Below, in pieces: positions 62,812 through 64,000 of a DNA stretch of 64,000 bases. The position numbers and the translations under genes were made by a program. Below the pieces are notes generated by a model. That model did not search any database and was not told the DNA's origin. It saw only the letters and a list, made by a program, of their open reading frames with translations. Each line of letters opens with the position of its first letter. Within the stretch, counting starts at the first letter, position 1. Source of the stretch: Callorhinchus milii (lineage: Eukaryota); assembly GCF_018977255.1 (NCBI RefSeq), contig NW_024704743.1, positions 94,986,001 to 95,050,000 of the forward strand, given 5' to 3'.

Positions 62812-63285
62812 TAATATAATAATAAGCATTGCATTTGATATAGTGCCTTATTACGGCTCAGCTGTCAATCAATCATGATTTGACTCCTCCCATTCCCTCC
62901 CTGGTTCTTTCCCGTTCCTTCGCCCTCTCACTGATTGACAGCCCAACTCCTGCGGCTATGAATAATAAATAGTAATAATTCTTGCATTTGATATAGCACC
63001 TTCGAGCCTATCACATCTTCGAGACATCTCAAAGCGCTTCACGGAATATTCTGTAAAAAGAATTGACTGTGTAATTTGTGGGCGAAACGCAGCAGTGAAT
63101 TGCAACCAGCAGTGTCCCACAAACAGCTGTGGACTGAGTTACCAATTTATTATTATTACTTTTTCTTGAAGAAATTATTACCCACCGAAGAGTGATCCAC
63201 CAATCGACTAACAACAAGGTTCCTAGTTACTGATAGATAAACAGAGGCACGTTGAGTAAGGAAACTTGCCCAACGTTTACCTAGA
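62812..63285 (-). mobile_element. SINE with an internal ~155-bp foreign insertion (62854-63010)
   Basis: SINE body at 63011-63285 and an extra tail at 62812-62853. The intervening sequence matches 43579-43728 in inverted orientation. Confidence 0.8.
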
Positions 63286-64000
63286 CTACGAGGCAGATCC
63301 AGAAAGGCTTCATTGTGTTTAGTCAGTGGGGAGCAGCGTGCATTTTTGACTGGTCTGAGAGACAATCCAGAGCCAGGCAGCCACAAGAAAGTTTAATACT
63401 GATGTGATATGCACTCAACTCGTCAATTGTCATTAAGCTCAGTGGAGTCACCTGAGCTTCTGCCGGTTACACACAGCACTGTGCAGCCCAGTGCAATAAT
63501 AGACTGGTCCCAGGTCCTGGTGTTACATGAAAATCTCCCAACTTTACAGAAACTTGCTTATAATGTGGTCATGGAGATACTGTACCTAGATTACCACATT
63601 AGAGTGGGGGGTTCCCTGTAATACTGCAGAAGAGTTGGTGCTGCTAAAAGAACAATAAACTCAACAGCACCACACAGAGGACAACCAAAGAATAGAAAGT
63701 ACAGTAATAGAAGACGGACCTGATTTTAAAAAATAATAATAATCCTTGCATTTGACATAGCGTCTTTAATGTTGGGAGTTATGTCTCAAAGTGCTTAGCA
63801 GGATTTCCTGTATGTTTTATAGGTGGTACACTTGAGTAATGAAGATATGAAAGACGATGGGGAAAGAGTAGGAAAATTAGATTACAACAGACAGGTCCAG
63901 AAAGGAGCTAGCAAGGCACAGATGCAATGGGGCAAATTAATCTCATTCATTGCTGACATTTCCAATAACCACAACCAAATCATCATTAGGTATCTGCCTG

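Overview
Eukaryotic vertebrate genomic DNA. The repeat complement (L2 LINE 3' ends, CR1 LINEs, tRNA-headed Deu-domain SINEs with L2-type tails) points to a cartilaginous fish, plausibly a holocephalan such as Callorhinchus; this is inference. The only protein-coding gene I can support is the 5' part of KLHL14 (BTB-BACK-Kelch) on the + strand. It has a probable non-coding exon 1 (~22715-23189) and four coding exons (24390-25240, 32625-32746, 60864-60953, 62434-62512) that splice in frame through GT-AG introns; the gene continues beyond the window. Almost all other ORFs in the track are transposon fragments, shadow ORFs or low-complexity artefacts. I see no new multi-gene system. The best leads are: (1) a ~155-bp inverted copy at 62.85-63.01 kb that looks templated from a locus 19 kb away in the same gene and carries two PBX-MEIS/PREP decamers; (2) a four-layer nested transposon stack at 40.8-44.7 kb containing a pogo/Tigger-like element with TGATTGACAG sites and a 74-nt hairpin; (3) a uORF-laden 5' leader with a duplicated C/EBP-ATF-like upstream motif; (4) several repeat-free candidate conserved non-coding elements. 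Repeat boundaries were read by eye and are approximate.
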